The position numbers were made by a program, and so were the translations under genes. Below, piece after piece: positions 1 through 8,637 of a stretch of 24,000 nucleotides of DNA (its first letter is position 1; each line of letters starts with the position of its first letter). The DNA lies in contig NZ_JBHRSK010000004.1 of NCBI RefSeq assembly GCF_042643245.1, forward strand, positions 2,040 through 26,039. Reading direction: 5' to 3'. This DNA comes from Acidimangrovimonas pyrenivorans. GTDB lineage: Bacteria; Pseudomonadota; Alphaproteobacteria; Rhodobacterales; Rhodobacteraceae. The notes below the pieces were generated by a model that was given only the letters and a program-made list of their open reading frames with translations, made no database searches and was not told where the DNA came from.

Positions 1-186
1 TACAGTCTGGCCTCGCTGGTCGAGCGGGCCGAGGTCTTCGACGCGCGGGCGATTCACCGACTCGCGGGGCGCATCCAGCAGCAGCGCACGGCGCGGGGCT
101 CCAAGTCGAAAGCGGTTGTCGGGGGGCGTCACCCGATCTTCCTCGCGCGACTGGATGGCTATGATTTCAAGCTCTTAGCCGTGTAA
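1..186 (+). CDS. 3' end of an unidentified protein-coding gene (partial, 61 codons ending TAA 184-186)
   Basis: Frame 1 is open from the window edge to TAA at 184-186. It has strong G/C third-position bias like the confirmed genes here. It is absent from the ORF track because no start codon lies in the window. The C-terminus (...RHPIFLARLDGYDFKLLAV*) matches no family I recognise. Confidence 0.4.
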   Translation, partial: YSLASLVERAEVFDARAIHRLAGRIQQQRTARGSKSKAVVGGRHPIFLARLDGYDFKLLAV

Positions 187-196
187 ACAACAATAC

Positions 197-256
197 TTGA
201 CATTTCAATAATTGCGTAATCATCTAATATGGCACCCTGCCATAGGAGACCATGCA
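197..256 (+). promoter_or_regulatory. AT-rich upstream region of the ABC-transporter/amidase cluster (candidate promoter plus RBS)
   Basis: TTGACA at 197-202 sits in an AT-rich patch inside a GC-rich genome. A small CAAT-A-ATTG dyad lies at 206-214. AGGAGA at 244-249 is 7 nt before ATG 257. No convincing -10 hexamer at ideal spacing. Confidence 0.35.
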
Positions 257-1498
257 ATGAAGTTGTCGCGTCGTAATTTCCTCAAGCGTTCCACCATCGC
301 TTCCGCCACCGTCCTGGCGAGCCCCGTTGTCTTCCGCCAGTCCGCCTTCGCCTCGGACAAGCCGATCCTGCTGGGCAGCCTGCTCGACCTGTCGGGCGGC
401 CTTGCGGCCTCGGGCGTGCCGATGAAATATGCCCTCGAACTGGCGGTGGAAGAGATCAACGCCGGCGGCGGCCTGCTGGGTCGTCCGGTCAAGATCGTCG
501 GCTACGACACCCAGTCGAACATCCAGCTCTATTCGCAATATGCCCAGCAACTGGCGCTGAAGGACCGCGTTGACGTCGTCCACGGCGGCATCACCTCGGC
601 CTCTCGCGAGGCGATCCGGCCGACCTTCGACCGCTACCGCCTGCTGTATTTCTACAACGTGCTCTACGAGGGCGGTGTCTGCGACCGCAACACCTTCTGC
701 ACCGGCACCACGCCGGCGCAGACCGTGCAGAAGCTGGTGCCCTACGCGATGGATCACGCCAAGGGCAAGACGGCCTACATCATCGCCGCCGACTACAACT
801 ACGGCCAGATCACCGCCAAGTGGATGACCAAATACGTCCAGGACAACGGCGGAAAGGTGCTGGAAACCGACTTCTTCCCGCTCGACGTGACCAACTTCGG
901 CTCGGCGATCTCGAAGATCCAGGCGGCCAAGCCCGACCTGCTGCTCTCGGCGCTGGTCGGCGGCAACCACACCGCCTTCTACCGCCAGTGGGAATCGGCC
1001 GGCATGAAGGGCCAGATCCCGATCGCGTCGACCACCTTCGGCCTGGTCAACGAGCCCGAGACCCTGGCCCCGGCGGTCAGCAACGACATCGTCGGCGCCT
1101 ACGGCTACTTCCAGGAACTGGACACGCCCGCGAGCACGAAGTTCGTCGAGGCGATCAAGAAGGCCCATCCCGACAGCCCCTACATCTCGGAACTCGCCTC
1201 GGCGACCTACGAGGGCGTCCATCTCTGGGCCGAGGGCGTGCGCAAGGCCGGCGACATTGACCGCATGAAGGTGATCGAGGCGCTCGAGGGCGGCGTTTCC
1301 TTCGAAGGCCCCAGCGGCATGGTCAGCCTCGACAAGGCCACCCACCACACCACGCGCAACGCCTACCTGGCGAAGGTGGCGGACAAGAAGTGGGACGTTC
1401 TGGAAACCTACAAGGACGTCGAGCCCTCTGACACGGCGAGCGTCTGCGACCTGGTCAAGAACCCCAACGACAACAAGCAATACGTCATCGAGCTGTAA
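257..1498 (+). CDS. ABC transporter periplasmic substrate-binding protein, Leu/Ile/Val-binding fold, urea/short-chain amide (UrtA/FmdD/AmiC-like) subgroup, with Tat-type signal peptide
   Basis: ATG at 257 is preferred over the track's TTG at 212 because AGGAGA lies 7 nt upstream. The N-terminus MKLSRRNFLKRS...AFA|SDKP has a twin-arginine motif and an AxA cleavage site. The internal block YFYNVLYEGGVCDRNTFCTGTTPAQ resembles the YEG...N.F.TG..P.Q block of UrtA/AmiC-type binding proteins. Four ABC components follow. Confidence 0.9.
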   Translation: MKLSRRNFLKRSTIASATVLASPVVFRQSAFASDKPILLGSLLDLSGGLAASGVPMKYALELAVEEINAGGGLLGRPVKIVGYDTQSNIQLYSQYAQQLALKDRVDVVHGGITSASREAIRPTFDRYRLLYFYNVLYEGGVCDRNTFCTGTTPAQTVQKLVPYAMDHAKGKTAYIIAADYNYGQITAKWMTKYVQDNGGKVLETDFFPLDVTNFGSAISKIQAAKPDLLLSALVGGNHTAFYRQWESAGMKGQIPIASTTFGLVNEPETLAPAVSNDIVGAYGYFQELDTPASTKFVEAIKKAHPDSPYISELASATYEGVHLWAEGVRKAGDIDRMKVIEALEGGVSFEGPSGMVSLDKATHHTTRNAYLAKVADKKWDVLETYKDVEPSDTASVCDLVKNPNDNKQYVIEL

Positions 1499-1511
1499 GG
1501 CCGGTCGGCAA

Positions 1512-1540
1512 GGGCGGCCGCGCGACCGGCGCGGCCGCCC
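1512..1540 (+). terminator. GC-rich stem-loop between the binding-protein gene and the permease genes (possible attenuator or mRNA-stabilising hairpin)
   Basis: GGGCGGCCGCGC (1512-1523) is the perfect reverse complement of GCGCGGCCGCCC (1529-1540), with loop GACCG. It starts 14 nt after the TAA stop and has only a weak T-containing tail (CTCCTTACG). Confidence 0.45.
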
Positions 1541-1582
1541 CTCCTTACGTCTCAGACACGCGCGAACAAGGGGCTTCCCGCA

Positions 1583-2449
1583 ATGGACATCTACATCATA
1601 CTCGGGCTCAACGTCCTCAACGGCGTCGCCTCTCTCTTCCTGCTCTGCGTCGGGCTGGCGATCATTTTCGGGATGATGAAGATCGTCAATCTCGCCCATG
1701 GCGAGTTCATCATGCTGGGCGCCTACGCCACCGTGATCGCCACCAATGCAGGCGTGAACATCTGGATCTCGATGCTGGTGATCTCGCCGCTCTTCGTCGG
1801 CATCGTCGGACTGGTGATCGAGCGTTTCCTGATCCGCTACCTCTACGGCCGGTTGGTCGATTCCATGCTCGCCACCTGGGGCCTCAGCCTGCTGATCACC
1901 GGGATCGTCACGACGATCTTCGGCAACACCATCAAGGGCGTGCAGACGCCGATGGGCGGCTTCTCGGTCGGCTCCTACAGCTCGAGCTTCTATAACCTGT
2001 TCATCTTCGCCATGGCCCTCGTCGTGATCGCCATCGTCTTCGCGGTGATGCGCTTCACCCGGCTCGGGCTGATCGCGCGGGCGACGATGCAGAACCCGGC
2101 GATGTCGGCCGCGCTGGGGATCAACCCCGACCGCGTCTACATGCTGACCTTCGCCGCCGGGGCGGCGCTGACGGGGCTGGCGGGCGGTCTTATCGCGCCG
2201 GTCGCGGGGATCACCCCGGGCATGGGCGCGGCCTATGTCGCCAAGGCCTTCATCACCGTCGTCGGCGGCGGGACCTCGATCCTCTCGGGCTCGCTGTCGG
2301 CCTCGTCGCTGTTCGGGTCGATCGACCAGATCGGCTCCTACCTGACGACGCCGGTCTACGGCCAGGTCATCGTCTTCACCACGGCGATCATCCTCATCCG
2401 CCTGCTGCCCCAAGGCATCTCGGGCCGCTTCTTCAAGGGGCAACTCTGA
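1583..2449 (+). CDS. branched-chain-amino-acid-type (LivH/UrtB-like) ABC transporter permease
   Basis: 288-aa polytopic hydrophobic protein. It has the LivH-family N-terminal block (GLAIIFGMMKIVNLAHGEFIMLGAY). Its stop overlaps the next gene's start (TGATG at 2447-2451). Confidence 0.9.
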   Translation: MDIYIILGLNVLNGVASLFLLCVGLAIIFGMMKIVNLAHGEFIMLGAYATVIATNAGVNIWISMLVISPLFVGIVGLVIERFLIRYLYGRLVDSMLATWGLSLLITGIVTTIFGNTIKGVQTPMGGFSVGSYSSSFYNLFIFAMALVVIAIVFAVMRFTRLGLIARATMQNPAMSAALGINPDRVYMLTFAAGAALTGLAGGLIAPVAGITPGMGAAYVAKAFITVVGGGTSILSGSLSASSLFGSIDQIGSYLTTPVYGQVIVFTTAIILIRLLPQGISGRFFKGQL

Positions 2450-3498
2450 TGACCAGGAACCTCTCCCTCCTTACGCAACTGGCCGCGCTGGCGGTCGTGA
2501 TCGTCCTGATCGTCCTCGTGCCGAGCTATGTCGACCTGTTCACCGTGATGCAGATGACGCTGTTCGCCTCGATGGGGGTGCTGGCGCTGTCGCTGGCCTT
2601 CATCTGGGGCTTCGGCGGCATCCTGTCCTTCGGCCAGACCGCCTTCTTCGGGCTCGGAGCCTATGCCTACGCAGTGGCCGCGATCAACTACCAGGATTCG
2701 ACGCCGGCGATCGCCCTCGCCGTGCTGGTGCCCGCGCTCTTCGCCATGGCGCTGGGGTACTTCACTTTCTACGGCCGGATCTCGGACGTCTATTTCGGCG
2801 TCATCACCCTGACCGTCACTCTGATCCTGTTCAACGTCGCCAACTCGACCTCGGGCCAGGAATACCACATCGGCACGGCGCAGCTGGGCGGCTTCAACGG
2901 CATTCCCGCGGTGCCGACCTTCAACATGCCCTTCGATCCCGCCAACCCGCTCTACCCCGAGCAGGGCTGGTACGTGACCGCCGGCGCGCTGGTCTTCGTC
3001 TACGGCCTGCTGCGGCTGGTGCTGGGCCGGCGCTTCGGCCGCGTCGTCGTCGCGGTGAAGGAGAACGAGACCCGCGCCTCGCTGCTGGGCTACGACCCGC
3101 GGCTGATCAAGCTGATCGCCTTTACCATCGGCGGCGCCGTCGCGGGACTGGCCGGCGCGCTCTACGTCAATTGGGGCGCCTTCGTCAGCCCCAACGTCTT
3201 CAGCCTGTCGCTGTCGGCCGAGATCATCATCTGGGTCACCGTCGGCGGGCTGGGCACGCTGCTCGGCCCGGTGATCGGCGCGGTGCTGATCCAGTACATC
3301 GTCGCCAGCATCGGCTCGCAGCAGGTGGTCAACGCCAACCTCGTCCTCGGCGCCGTGCTGCTGTTCTTCGTGCTGATGTTGCCAAAGGGCCTTCTGCCCT
3401 CGGCCCGTCACCTCGTCACCGAGGGGCTGCACCGTCTGCGCAAGCCCGACGCCGCCAAGATCGAGCCCACCGCGGCGCAACCCGCAGGGAGCAAGTGA
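2449..3498 (+). CDS. LivM/UrtC-like ABC transporter permease
   Basis: 349-aa polytopic membrane protein with LivM-type blocks (GQTAFFGLGAY; ENETRASLLGYDP). It is translationally coupled to the upstream permease, and the next gene starts 2 nt after its stop. Confidence 0.9.
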   Translation: MTRNLSLLTQLAALAVVIVLIVLVPSYVDLFTVMQMTLFASMGVLALSLAFIWGFGGILSFGQTAFFGLGAYAYAVAAINYQDSTPAIALAVLVPALFAMALGYFTFYGRISDVYFGVITLTVTLILFNVANSTSGQEYHIGTAQLGGFNGIPAVPTFNMPFDPANPLYPEQGWYVTAGALVFVYGLLRLVLGRRFGRVVVAVKENETRASLLGYDPRLIKLIAFTIGGAVAGLAGALYVNWGAFVSPNVFSLSLSAEIIIWVTVGGLGTLLGPVIGAVLIQYIVASIGSQQVVNANLVLGAVLLFFVLMLPKGLLPSARHLVTEGLHRLRKPDAAKIEPTAAQPAGSK

Positions 3499-3499
3499 G

Positions 3500-4231
3500 A
3501 TGAGCGAGAACAACCCTCCCCTGATCCAGACCGAGAACCTGACCATGCGCTTCGGTGGCGTGGTCGCCAACGACAACATCAACTTCAGCCTGCGCGAGAT
3601 GGAGCTGCGCTGCCTGATCGGGCCCAACGGAGCCGGCAAGAGCACCTTCTTCAAGTCGCTGACCGGCCAGCAGATCCCGACCTCCGGCTCGATCGCGTTC
3701 CGCGGCCAGCCGATCGCCGGCAAGCTGCCGCACGAGATCGCGCGCATGGGGATCGGCATCAAGACCCAGGTCCCCAACGTCTTCAACGGCCTCTCCGTGC
3801 GCGAGCATTTCTGGCTGGCGGCGCGACGCAAGTCGATGCCCAAGGAGCTGATCCACACCGTCGACGAGATCCTCGAGCTCACCCGCCTGGGCGACTACGC
3901 GGAAAGCATCGTCGGCACGCTGTCGCACGGGCAGCGGCAATGGGTCGAGATCGGCACCGTGCTGGCCGCCAAGCCCGAGCTGATCCTGCTCGACGAGCCG
4001 GCGGCGGGGATGACGGACGAGGAGACCTTCCGCACCGCCGACATCATCCGCGACATCAACCGCACCCGCGCGATCGTGGTCGTCGAGCACGACATGGAAT
4101 TCATCCGCCAGATCGCCAAGACGGTAACCGTCTTCCACCAGGGCCGGGTTCTGATGGAAGACACGGTCGACGCCGTTCTCGCCGACCAGCGGGTGCGCGA
4201 CATCTATCTCGGAAAGAAGGTGGCGGCATGA
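3500..4231 (+). CDS. ABC transporter ATP-binding protein (LivG/UrtD-like)
   Basis: Walker A GPNGAGKST, signature-like LSHGQRQWVEIG, Walker B LILLDEPAAGM. 243 aa. Confidence 0.92.
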   Translation: MSENNPPLIQTENLTMRFGGVVANDNINFSLREMELRCLIGPNGAGKSTFFKSLTGQQIPTSGSIAFRGQPIAGKLPHEIARMGIGIKTQVPNVFNGLSVREHFWLAARRKSMPKELIHTVDEILELTRLGDYAESIVGTLSHGQRQWVEIGTVLAAKPELILLDEPAAGMTDEETFRTADIIRDINRTRAIVVVEHDMEFIRQIAKTVTVFHQGRVLMEDTVDAVLADQRVRDIYLGKKVAA

Positions 4232-4929
4232 GCATGCTTCTCGAGGTCTCCGACCTGCGCGCCGGCTATGGCCGCATTCCCATCCTCGCCGGGGTCACCA
4301 TGGCGATGGCCGAGGGCGAGTATCTGGGCATCCTGGGCCATAACGGCATGGGCAAGACGACGCTGCTGCGCAGCCTGATGGGGCAATTGCCCGCGACCGG
4401 CGGCACGGTGCGTTTCGCCGGCGCCGATGTCACCCGCAAGAAGACGCATGAACGCTCGCGCATGGGGCTGGGGCTGGTGCCGCAGGGGCGCGAGATCTTC
4501 CCCGAGCTGTCGGTCATGGACAACCTGCGCATGGGGCTCGCCGCTGCGCCGACCGAGGACCTCTCGGTGATCGACGCGGTAATCGAAGACTTCCCCCGGC
4601 TGACGCCGCTGCTCGACCGTCGCGGCGGGGCGCTGTCGGGCGGCGAGCAGCAATTGCTGGCGCTGGCGCGCTGCCTGTGCACCAAGCCCAGGCTGGTGTT
4701 GCTGGACGAACCGACCGAGGGCATCCAGCCCTCGATCATCGAGGAGATGATCGAAACGCTGCTGACACTTAAGAAACGCTGGTCGCTGTCGCTGGTGGTG
4801 GTCGAACAGAACCTCGAATTCATCACCTCGCTCTCCGACCGGATCCTGAAGATCCAGAAGGGGCGCATCACGGGCGAAACCAGCAGCGCAGAAATCCTGT
4901 CCGGGCAGGTCGGCATGGAAGCGATCTGA
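4228..4929 (+). CDS. ABC transporter ATP-binding protein (LivF/UrtE-like)
   Basis: True start is MSMLLEVSDL at ATG 4228, giving an ATGA overlap with the upstream stop. The track's 3940 start is an out-of-context extension. Walker A GHNGMGKTT, signature LSGGEQQLLALA, Walker B LVLLDEPTEGI. Confidence 0.92.
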   Translation: MSMLLEVSDLRAGYGRIPILAGVTMAMAEGEYLGILGHNGMGKTTLLRSLMGQLPATGGTVRFAGADVTRKKTHERSRMGLGLVPQGREIFPELSVMDNLRMGLAAAPTEDLSVIDAVIEDFPRLTPLLDRRGGALSGGEQQLLALARCLCTKPRLVLLDEPTEGIQPSIIEEMIETLLTLKKRWSLSLVVVEQNLEFITSLSDRILKIQKGRITGETSSAEILSGQVGMEAI

Positions 4930-5006
4930 CCCGGGGCCCGGTCGGGCCCGCTCCCCACCCGAAATTCAGACCTGAAGCAACCTAGTTTGATAGGAAAGGA
5001 TACCTC

Positions 5007-6521
5007 ATGGCTATCACCCGCCCCACTGTCGAGGACGTCGTCGACCTGGCGAAGTCGCTGCACATGACCATGTCGCCCGAAGAGGCCGCCGAGTATCACG
5101 CCCTGATGGGCGGCATGTTCGACATGTATGACGTGATCGACGCGCTGCCCAACCCGACGCCGCCGGTCAGCTATCCGCGCACCCCGGGCGCCAAGCCCGC
5201 CCCGGCCGACAACCCCTACAACGCCTGGGCCTGCAAGAGCGAGGTGACCGGTGCGGCCGAGGGCAAGCTCAAGGGCAAGACCGTGGTGCTGAAGGACAAC
5301 GTGGCGCTGGCCGGTGTGCCGATGATGAACGGCTCGACCACGCTGGAAGGCTTCGTGCCCTCGGCCGACGCGACCATCGTGACCCGCATGCTCGACGCTG
5401 GCGCCACCATCGTCGGCAAGGCGACCTGCGAGCATTTCTGCCTGTCGGGCGGCAGCCACACCTCGGACCCCGCTCCGGTCCACAACCCGCGCAAGATGGG
5501 CTATTCGGCCGGCGGCTCGTCCTCGGGCAGCGCCGCGCTGGTGGCCGCGGGCGAGGTCGACATGGCGATCGGCGGCGACCAGGGCGGCTCGATCCGGATC
5601 CCGGCCTCCTATTGCGGCATCTACGGCATGAAGCCGACCCACGGGCTGGTGCCCTATACCGGCGTCATGCCGATCGAGAACACCATCGACCATACCGGCC
5701 CGATGACCGCTTCGGTCGCCGACAACGCGCTGCTGCTCGAGGTCATCGCCGGGGCTGACGGGCTCGACCCGCGCCAATACGCGCCGCAGACCGCGCCCTA
5801 TACCGAGGCGCTGGACAAGGGCGTGAAGGGGCTGAAGATCGGCCTGCTCAAGGAAGGCTTCGAACTGCCCAACATGCAGGCTGCCGTGGCCGAAAAGGTG
5901 CGCGCGGGCGCCGACAAGCTCGCCGGCCTGGGCGCCGATGTCGCCGAGGTCTCGCTGCCCGAGCACCTGACCGCCATCGCCGCCTGGAACCCGGTCACGC
6001 TGGAAGGCTTCGTTGCCCAGATGATGCATGGCAACGGCATGGGCTTCAACTGGAAGGGCCAGTATGATGTCGGCCTGCTCGACGCCCACGCCGCCTGGCG
6101 CGAGAAGGCGGACGACCTGTCGGAGACGCTCAAGCTGTGCATGCTCGTCGGCCAATGGGGGCTGAGCCACTACCGCGGCCGCTACTACGCCAAGTCGCGC
6201 AACGTCGCGACCCAGGTCAAGGCCGCCTACGACGCGCTGTTCGGCGACTACGATCTGCTCTTGATGCCGACGCTGCCCTGCGTCTCGACCAAGCTGCCCG
6301 AGCCGGGCGCTCCGCTCGAGGAGATCGTCACCCGCGCCTTCGAGATGACCAACGCCACCAGCCCCTTCGACGTCACCGGCCACCCGGCGATGTCGATTCC
6401 CTGCGGCTTGGCCGACGGGCTGCCGGTGGGCCTGATGCTGGTCGCCCGTGACTACAACGAGGCCACGATCTACCAGGCCGCCAGCGCCTTCGAGGGACTG
6501 GGTGACTGGACGACCTTCTGA
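5007..6521 (+). CDS. amidase-signature (AS) family amidase, resembling the Rhodococcus-type wide-spectrum/enantioselective amidases
   Basis: 504 aa. AS motif [12 protein letters not shown] plus [12 protein letters not shown] (nucleophile Ser) and [18 protein letters not shown] (catalytic Lys). From memory, the N-terminal two thirds align closely with nitrile-hydratase-associated amidases. Confidence 0.92.
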   Translation: MAITRPTVEDVVDLAKSLHMTMSPEEAAEYHALMGGMFDMYDVIDALPNPTPPVSYPRTPGAKPAPADNPYNAWACKSEVTGAAEGKLKGKTVVLKDNVALAGVPMMNGSTTLEGFVPSADATIVTRMLDAGATIVGKATCEHFCLSGGSHTSDPAPVHNPRKMGYSAGGSSSGSAALVAAGEVDMAIGGDQGGSIRIPASYCGIYGMKPTHGLVPYTGVMPIENTIDHTGPMTASVADNALLLEVIAGADGLDPRQYAPQTAPYTEALDKGVKGLKIGLLKEGFELPNMQAAVAEKVRAGADKLAGLGADVAEVSLPEHLTAIAAWNPVTLEGFVAQMMHGNGMGFNWKGQYDVGLLDAHAAWREKADDLSETLKLCMLVGQWGLSHYRGRYYAKSRNVATQVKAAYDALFGDYDLLLMPTLPCVSTKLPEPGAPLEEIVTRAFEMTNATSPFDVTGHPAMSIPCGLADGLPVGLMLVARDYNEATIYQAASAFEGLGDWTTF

Positions 6522-6535
6522 GTCGATGCCCGACA

Positions 6536-6562
6536 GGCGGCCCGGCACGACGCCGGGCCGCC
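6536..6562 (+). terminator. terminator-like GC hairpin after amidase 1
   Basis: GGCGGCCCGGC (6536-6546) pairs with GCCGGGCCGCC (6552-6562), loop ACGAC. It is followed by GCCGTTTCG (short T run) and begins 15 nt after the stop. Confidence 0.4.
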
Positions 6563-6594
6563 GCCGTTTCGAACCGACCGGACAGGAGCCTGCG

Positions 6595-6894
6595 ATGCTG
6601 ACGATTACCGCGGTGATCCGCGCCACGAAGGGGGCCGAGCAGACCATGCGCGACGCGCTGCTGGAGGTTGCCGAGCATGTGCGTGCCAACGAGCCGGATA
6701 CGATCGGCTTCCACATCTCGCAAGACCTCGAAGATCCGTCCGTCTTCACCACCTACGAACGCTTTGCCGATCAGGCTGCCATGGACCGGCACAACGGTTC
6801 GGAGGCGGTGGCGCGCTTCTTCGCCATCGCCCAGCCGATCCTCGATGGCGAAGTCGTGCTTGTGGCCGGTTCCGAGATTTCAGCCAAAACCTGA
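6595..6894 (+). CDS. ABM-domain (antibiotic biosynthesis monooxygenase-like, ferredoxin-fold) small protein
   Basis: 99 aa starting MLTITAVIRATKG at ATG 6595, with GGAG 7-10 nt upstream. The pattern ...EPDTIGFHISQDLEDPSVFTTYERFADQAAMDRHNGS is typical of ABM/Dabb-fold proteins. The track's 6448 start adds an implausible Pro/Arg-rich leader. Confidence 0.8.
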   Translation: MLTITAVIRATKGAEQTMRDALLEVAEHVRANEPDTIGFHISQDLEDPSVFTTYERFADQAAMDRHNGSEAVARFFAIAQPILDGEVVLVAGSEISAKT

Positions 6895-6964
6895 CCGCCC
6901 GCGGCCAGCCACTTTTATTGGATGCGAAAGCCGGCGCCGCATCCGGCGCCGAGAAAGGACCGAC

Positions 6965-8506
6965 ATGAGCACGACATCCGAGAAACCCGCCCTGGCGCTT
7001 GGCGCGATGAGCGTCGCCGCGATCCGGGAAGGCCTCGCCAAGGGCAGCTTCACGGCGGAAATGCTGGCCGAAGCCGCGATCGCGCAGATGCACGCGCTGA
7101 ACGGCACCTACAACGCCGTCATCTTCGAGAACGACGCCGCGCTCGAGACTGCGCGCGACATCGACCGGCGGCTTGCCGCGGGCGAGGCGGTCGGGCCGCT
7201 CGCCGGTGTGCCGGTGGTCATCAAGGATCCGATGGACATGGTCGGCTTTCCCACCACCGCGGGTTGGCGGCTGCTCTATTCCGGGACCGGTGGCGTCGAT
7301 CTGATGCCCGAGCGCGACAGCCCGGTCGTCGCCCGGATGCGGGCCGCGGATGCCGTCATCATCGGCAAGACCAACGTCCCCGTGCTGAGTGCCTCGGGCA
7401 CCCATGCCAATGACAGCTGGGCCGGCCCGACGATCAACCCGGTCGTCACCGACCGCGTGCCTGGCGCGTCGAGCGCGGGCAGCGCGGCCGCCGTCGCGAC
7501 CCACATGGCCGTCATCGGGCTGGCCGAGGAGACCGGGGGCTCGATCCAGAACCCGGCCTCGGCGCAGGACCTCGTCGGGATCAAGCCGACGCTGGGCCTT
7601 GTCCCCAGCGCAGGGGTGGTGCCGCTGTCGGGCTATCGCGATGTCGTCGGGCCGGTGGCGCGTTGCGTCGCCGATGCCGCCGAATGCCTGACGGTTCTTG
7701 CCGGCTTCACGACCGAGGATCCCAAGACCATCGCCTCGGTCGACAAGATCCCGCGCGCCGGCTACGCGGCGGGGCTGAGCCCCGACGCGCTGCGCGGCAA
7801 GCGCCTTGGCCTCTACGGGCCGGGATGGCGGCCGAACGAACTGTCGCCCGAGGCCGCCGCGCTCTATGCGAGCGCCAAGGCGGAGCTCGAGGCGGCCGGG
7901 GCGATCCTTGTCGAGGATCCCTTCGCCGGCACAGGTTTCGCCGCGCTCCGCCAGGTGACGCCGGGCACGCCCCATTTCGACGGCCGCGGACTTGAATCTC
8001 TGCCCTATGACATGTCGCTCTATCTGCGGCGTCTGGGGCCCGACGCGGCGATCAAGACCTGGGACGAATTCGTCGAGGCGACCAAGGAAGAGGACGTGTT
8101 CGCCAAGGACGGCCCCCTTGGCTTCCTGCCCGCGCTGGCGGATTTCGGCCCTGCGCGCGCCGATCCCCTGACACCGCCTGCCTTGCCCGAGTTCATCGAA
8201 CTCAAGCGCAGCTACCTGGAGCTGATCGACGAGGTCTTCGCGCGGCACGCGCTCGATGCGCTGGTCTTCCCGCAGATGTCGCAGGAACTGCCGGGGCTCC
8301 ATTCCGGCGAGGTGCTGATGGACACCACGGTGGGCGAGATCAACATCGCGGGCATTCCCGGGGTGACGGTGCCGGCGGGCTACTACGCCTCCGGCGCCCC
8401 GTTTGAGTTGATCTTCCTCGGCAAGCAATGGAGCGAGGCTACGCTGGTCGGCCTGGCCTATGCCTACGAGCAGGCGACGCTGCACCGCCAGCCGGCGGTG
8501 GACTGA
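6965..8506 (+). CDS. second amidase-signature family amidase (divergent from the first)
   Basis: 513 aa from ATG 6965 (AAAGGA upstream). Catalytic Lys in VPVVIKDPMD, GASSAGSAAAVA, nucleophile Ser in ETGGSIQNPA. The track's 6668 start overlaps the ABM gene and is rejected. Confidence 0.88.
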   Translation: MSTTSEKPALALGAMSVAAIREGLAKGSFTAEMLAEAAIAQMHALNGTYNAVIFENDAALETARDIDRRLAAGEAVGPLAGVPVVIKDPMDMVGFPTTAGWRLLYSGTGGVDLMPERDSPVVARMRAADAVIIGKTNVPVLSASGTHANDSWAGPTINPVVTDRVPGASSAGSAAAVATHMAVIGLAEETGGSIQNPASAQDLVGIKPTLGLVPSAGVVPLSGYRDVVGPVARCVADAAECLTVLAGFTTEDPKTIASVDKIPRAGYAAGLSPDALRGKRLGLYGPGWRPNELSPEAAALYASAKAELEAAGAILVEDPFAGTGFAALRQVTPGTPHFDGRGLESLPYDMSLYLRRLGPDAAIKTWDEFVEATKEEDVFAKDGPLGFLPALADFGPARADPLTPPALPEFIELKRSYLELIDEVFARHALDALVFPQMSQELPGLHSGEVLMDTTVGEINIAGIPGVTVPAGYYASGAPFELIFLGKQWSEATLVGLAYAYEQATLHRQPAVD

Positions 8507-8637
8507 CCCCGGGCACGGACGCCTGGCCGCGTCGGGGCGATCGCACGTCGAGCCTGTTCGCGGCCGGGAGGCGGTGCCGTGGTGGTGTCAGACAAATGCG
8601 AACGTGTCACCACAAGGGCAGTGACGCTGCCCCTTGT

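Noticed and set aside
212-256. TTG start at 212 for the binding protein, and the extended track starts at 3940, 6448, 6668, 18843 and 22014.
   Set aside because: In each case an internal ATG preceded by a Shine-Dalgarno-like sequence gives a product with a normal family N-terminus. The longer form would overlap the upstream gene or a regulatory palindrome.
224-2443. 739-aa ORF antisense to the binding-protein and permease genes. Similar giants occur at 2356-3882(-), 4266-6752(-), 6746-8485(-), 8958-11558(+), 11678-14311(+), 15168-16976(+), 16997-18709(+), 18840-20372(-), 20554-22146(+) and 22396-23274(+).
   Set aside because: All lie exactly opposite genes with strong family motifs. They translate to Arg/Gly/Asp/Pro/His-rich low-complexity strings with no recognisable domains. 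Stop-poor antisense frames are expected at this GC content.
4934-4949. GGGCCC-GGTC-GGGCCC hairpin after the second ATPase gene, considered as a terminator separating the transporter from amidase 1.
   Set aside because: The stem is only 6 bp and there is no T-run. That is too weak to call, so co-transcription of transporter and amidase remains the simpler reading.
8584-8613. GGTGTCAGACAAATGCGAACGTGTCACC, considered as the missing second inverted repeat of the IS6 remnant.
   Set aside because: It resembles the IS26-type IR only loosely. The orientation is wrong for a partner of the 8997-9010 candidate. It is better described as an imperfect local palindrome.
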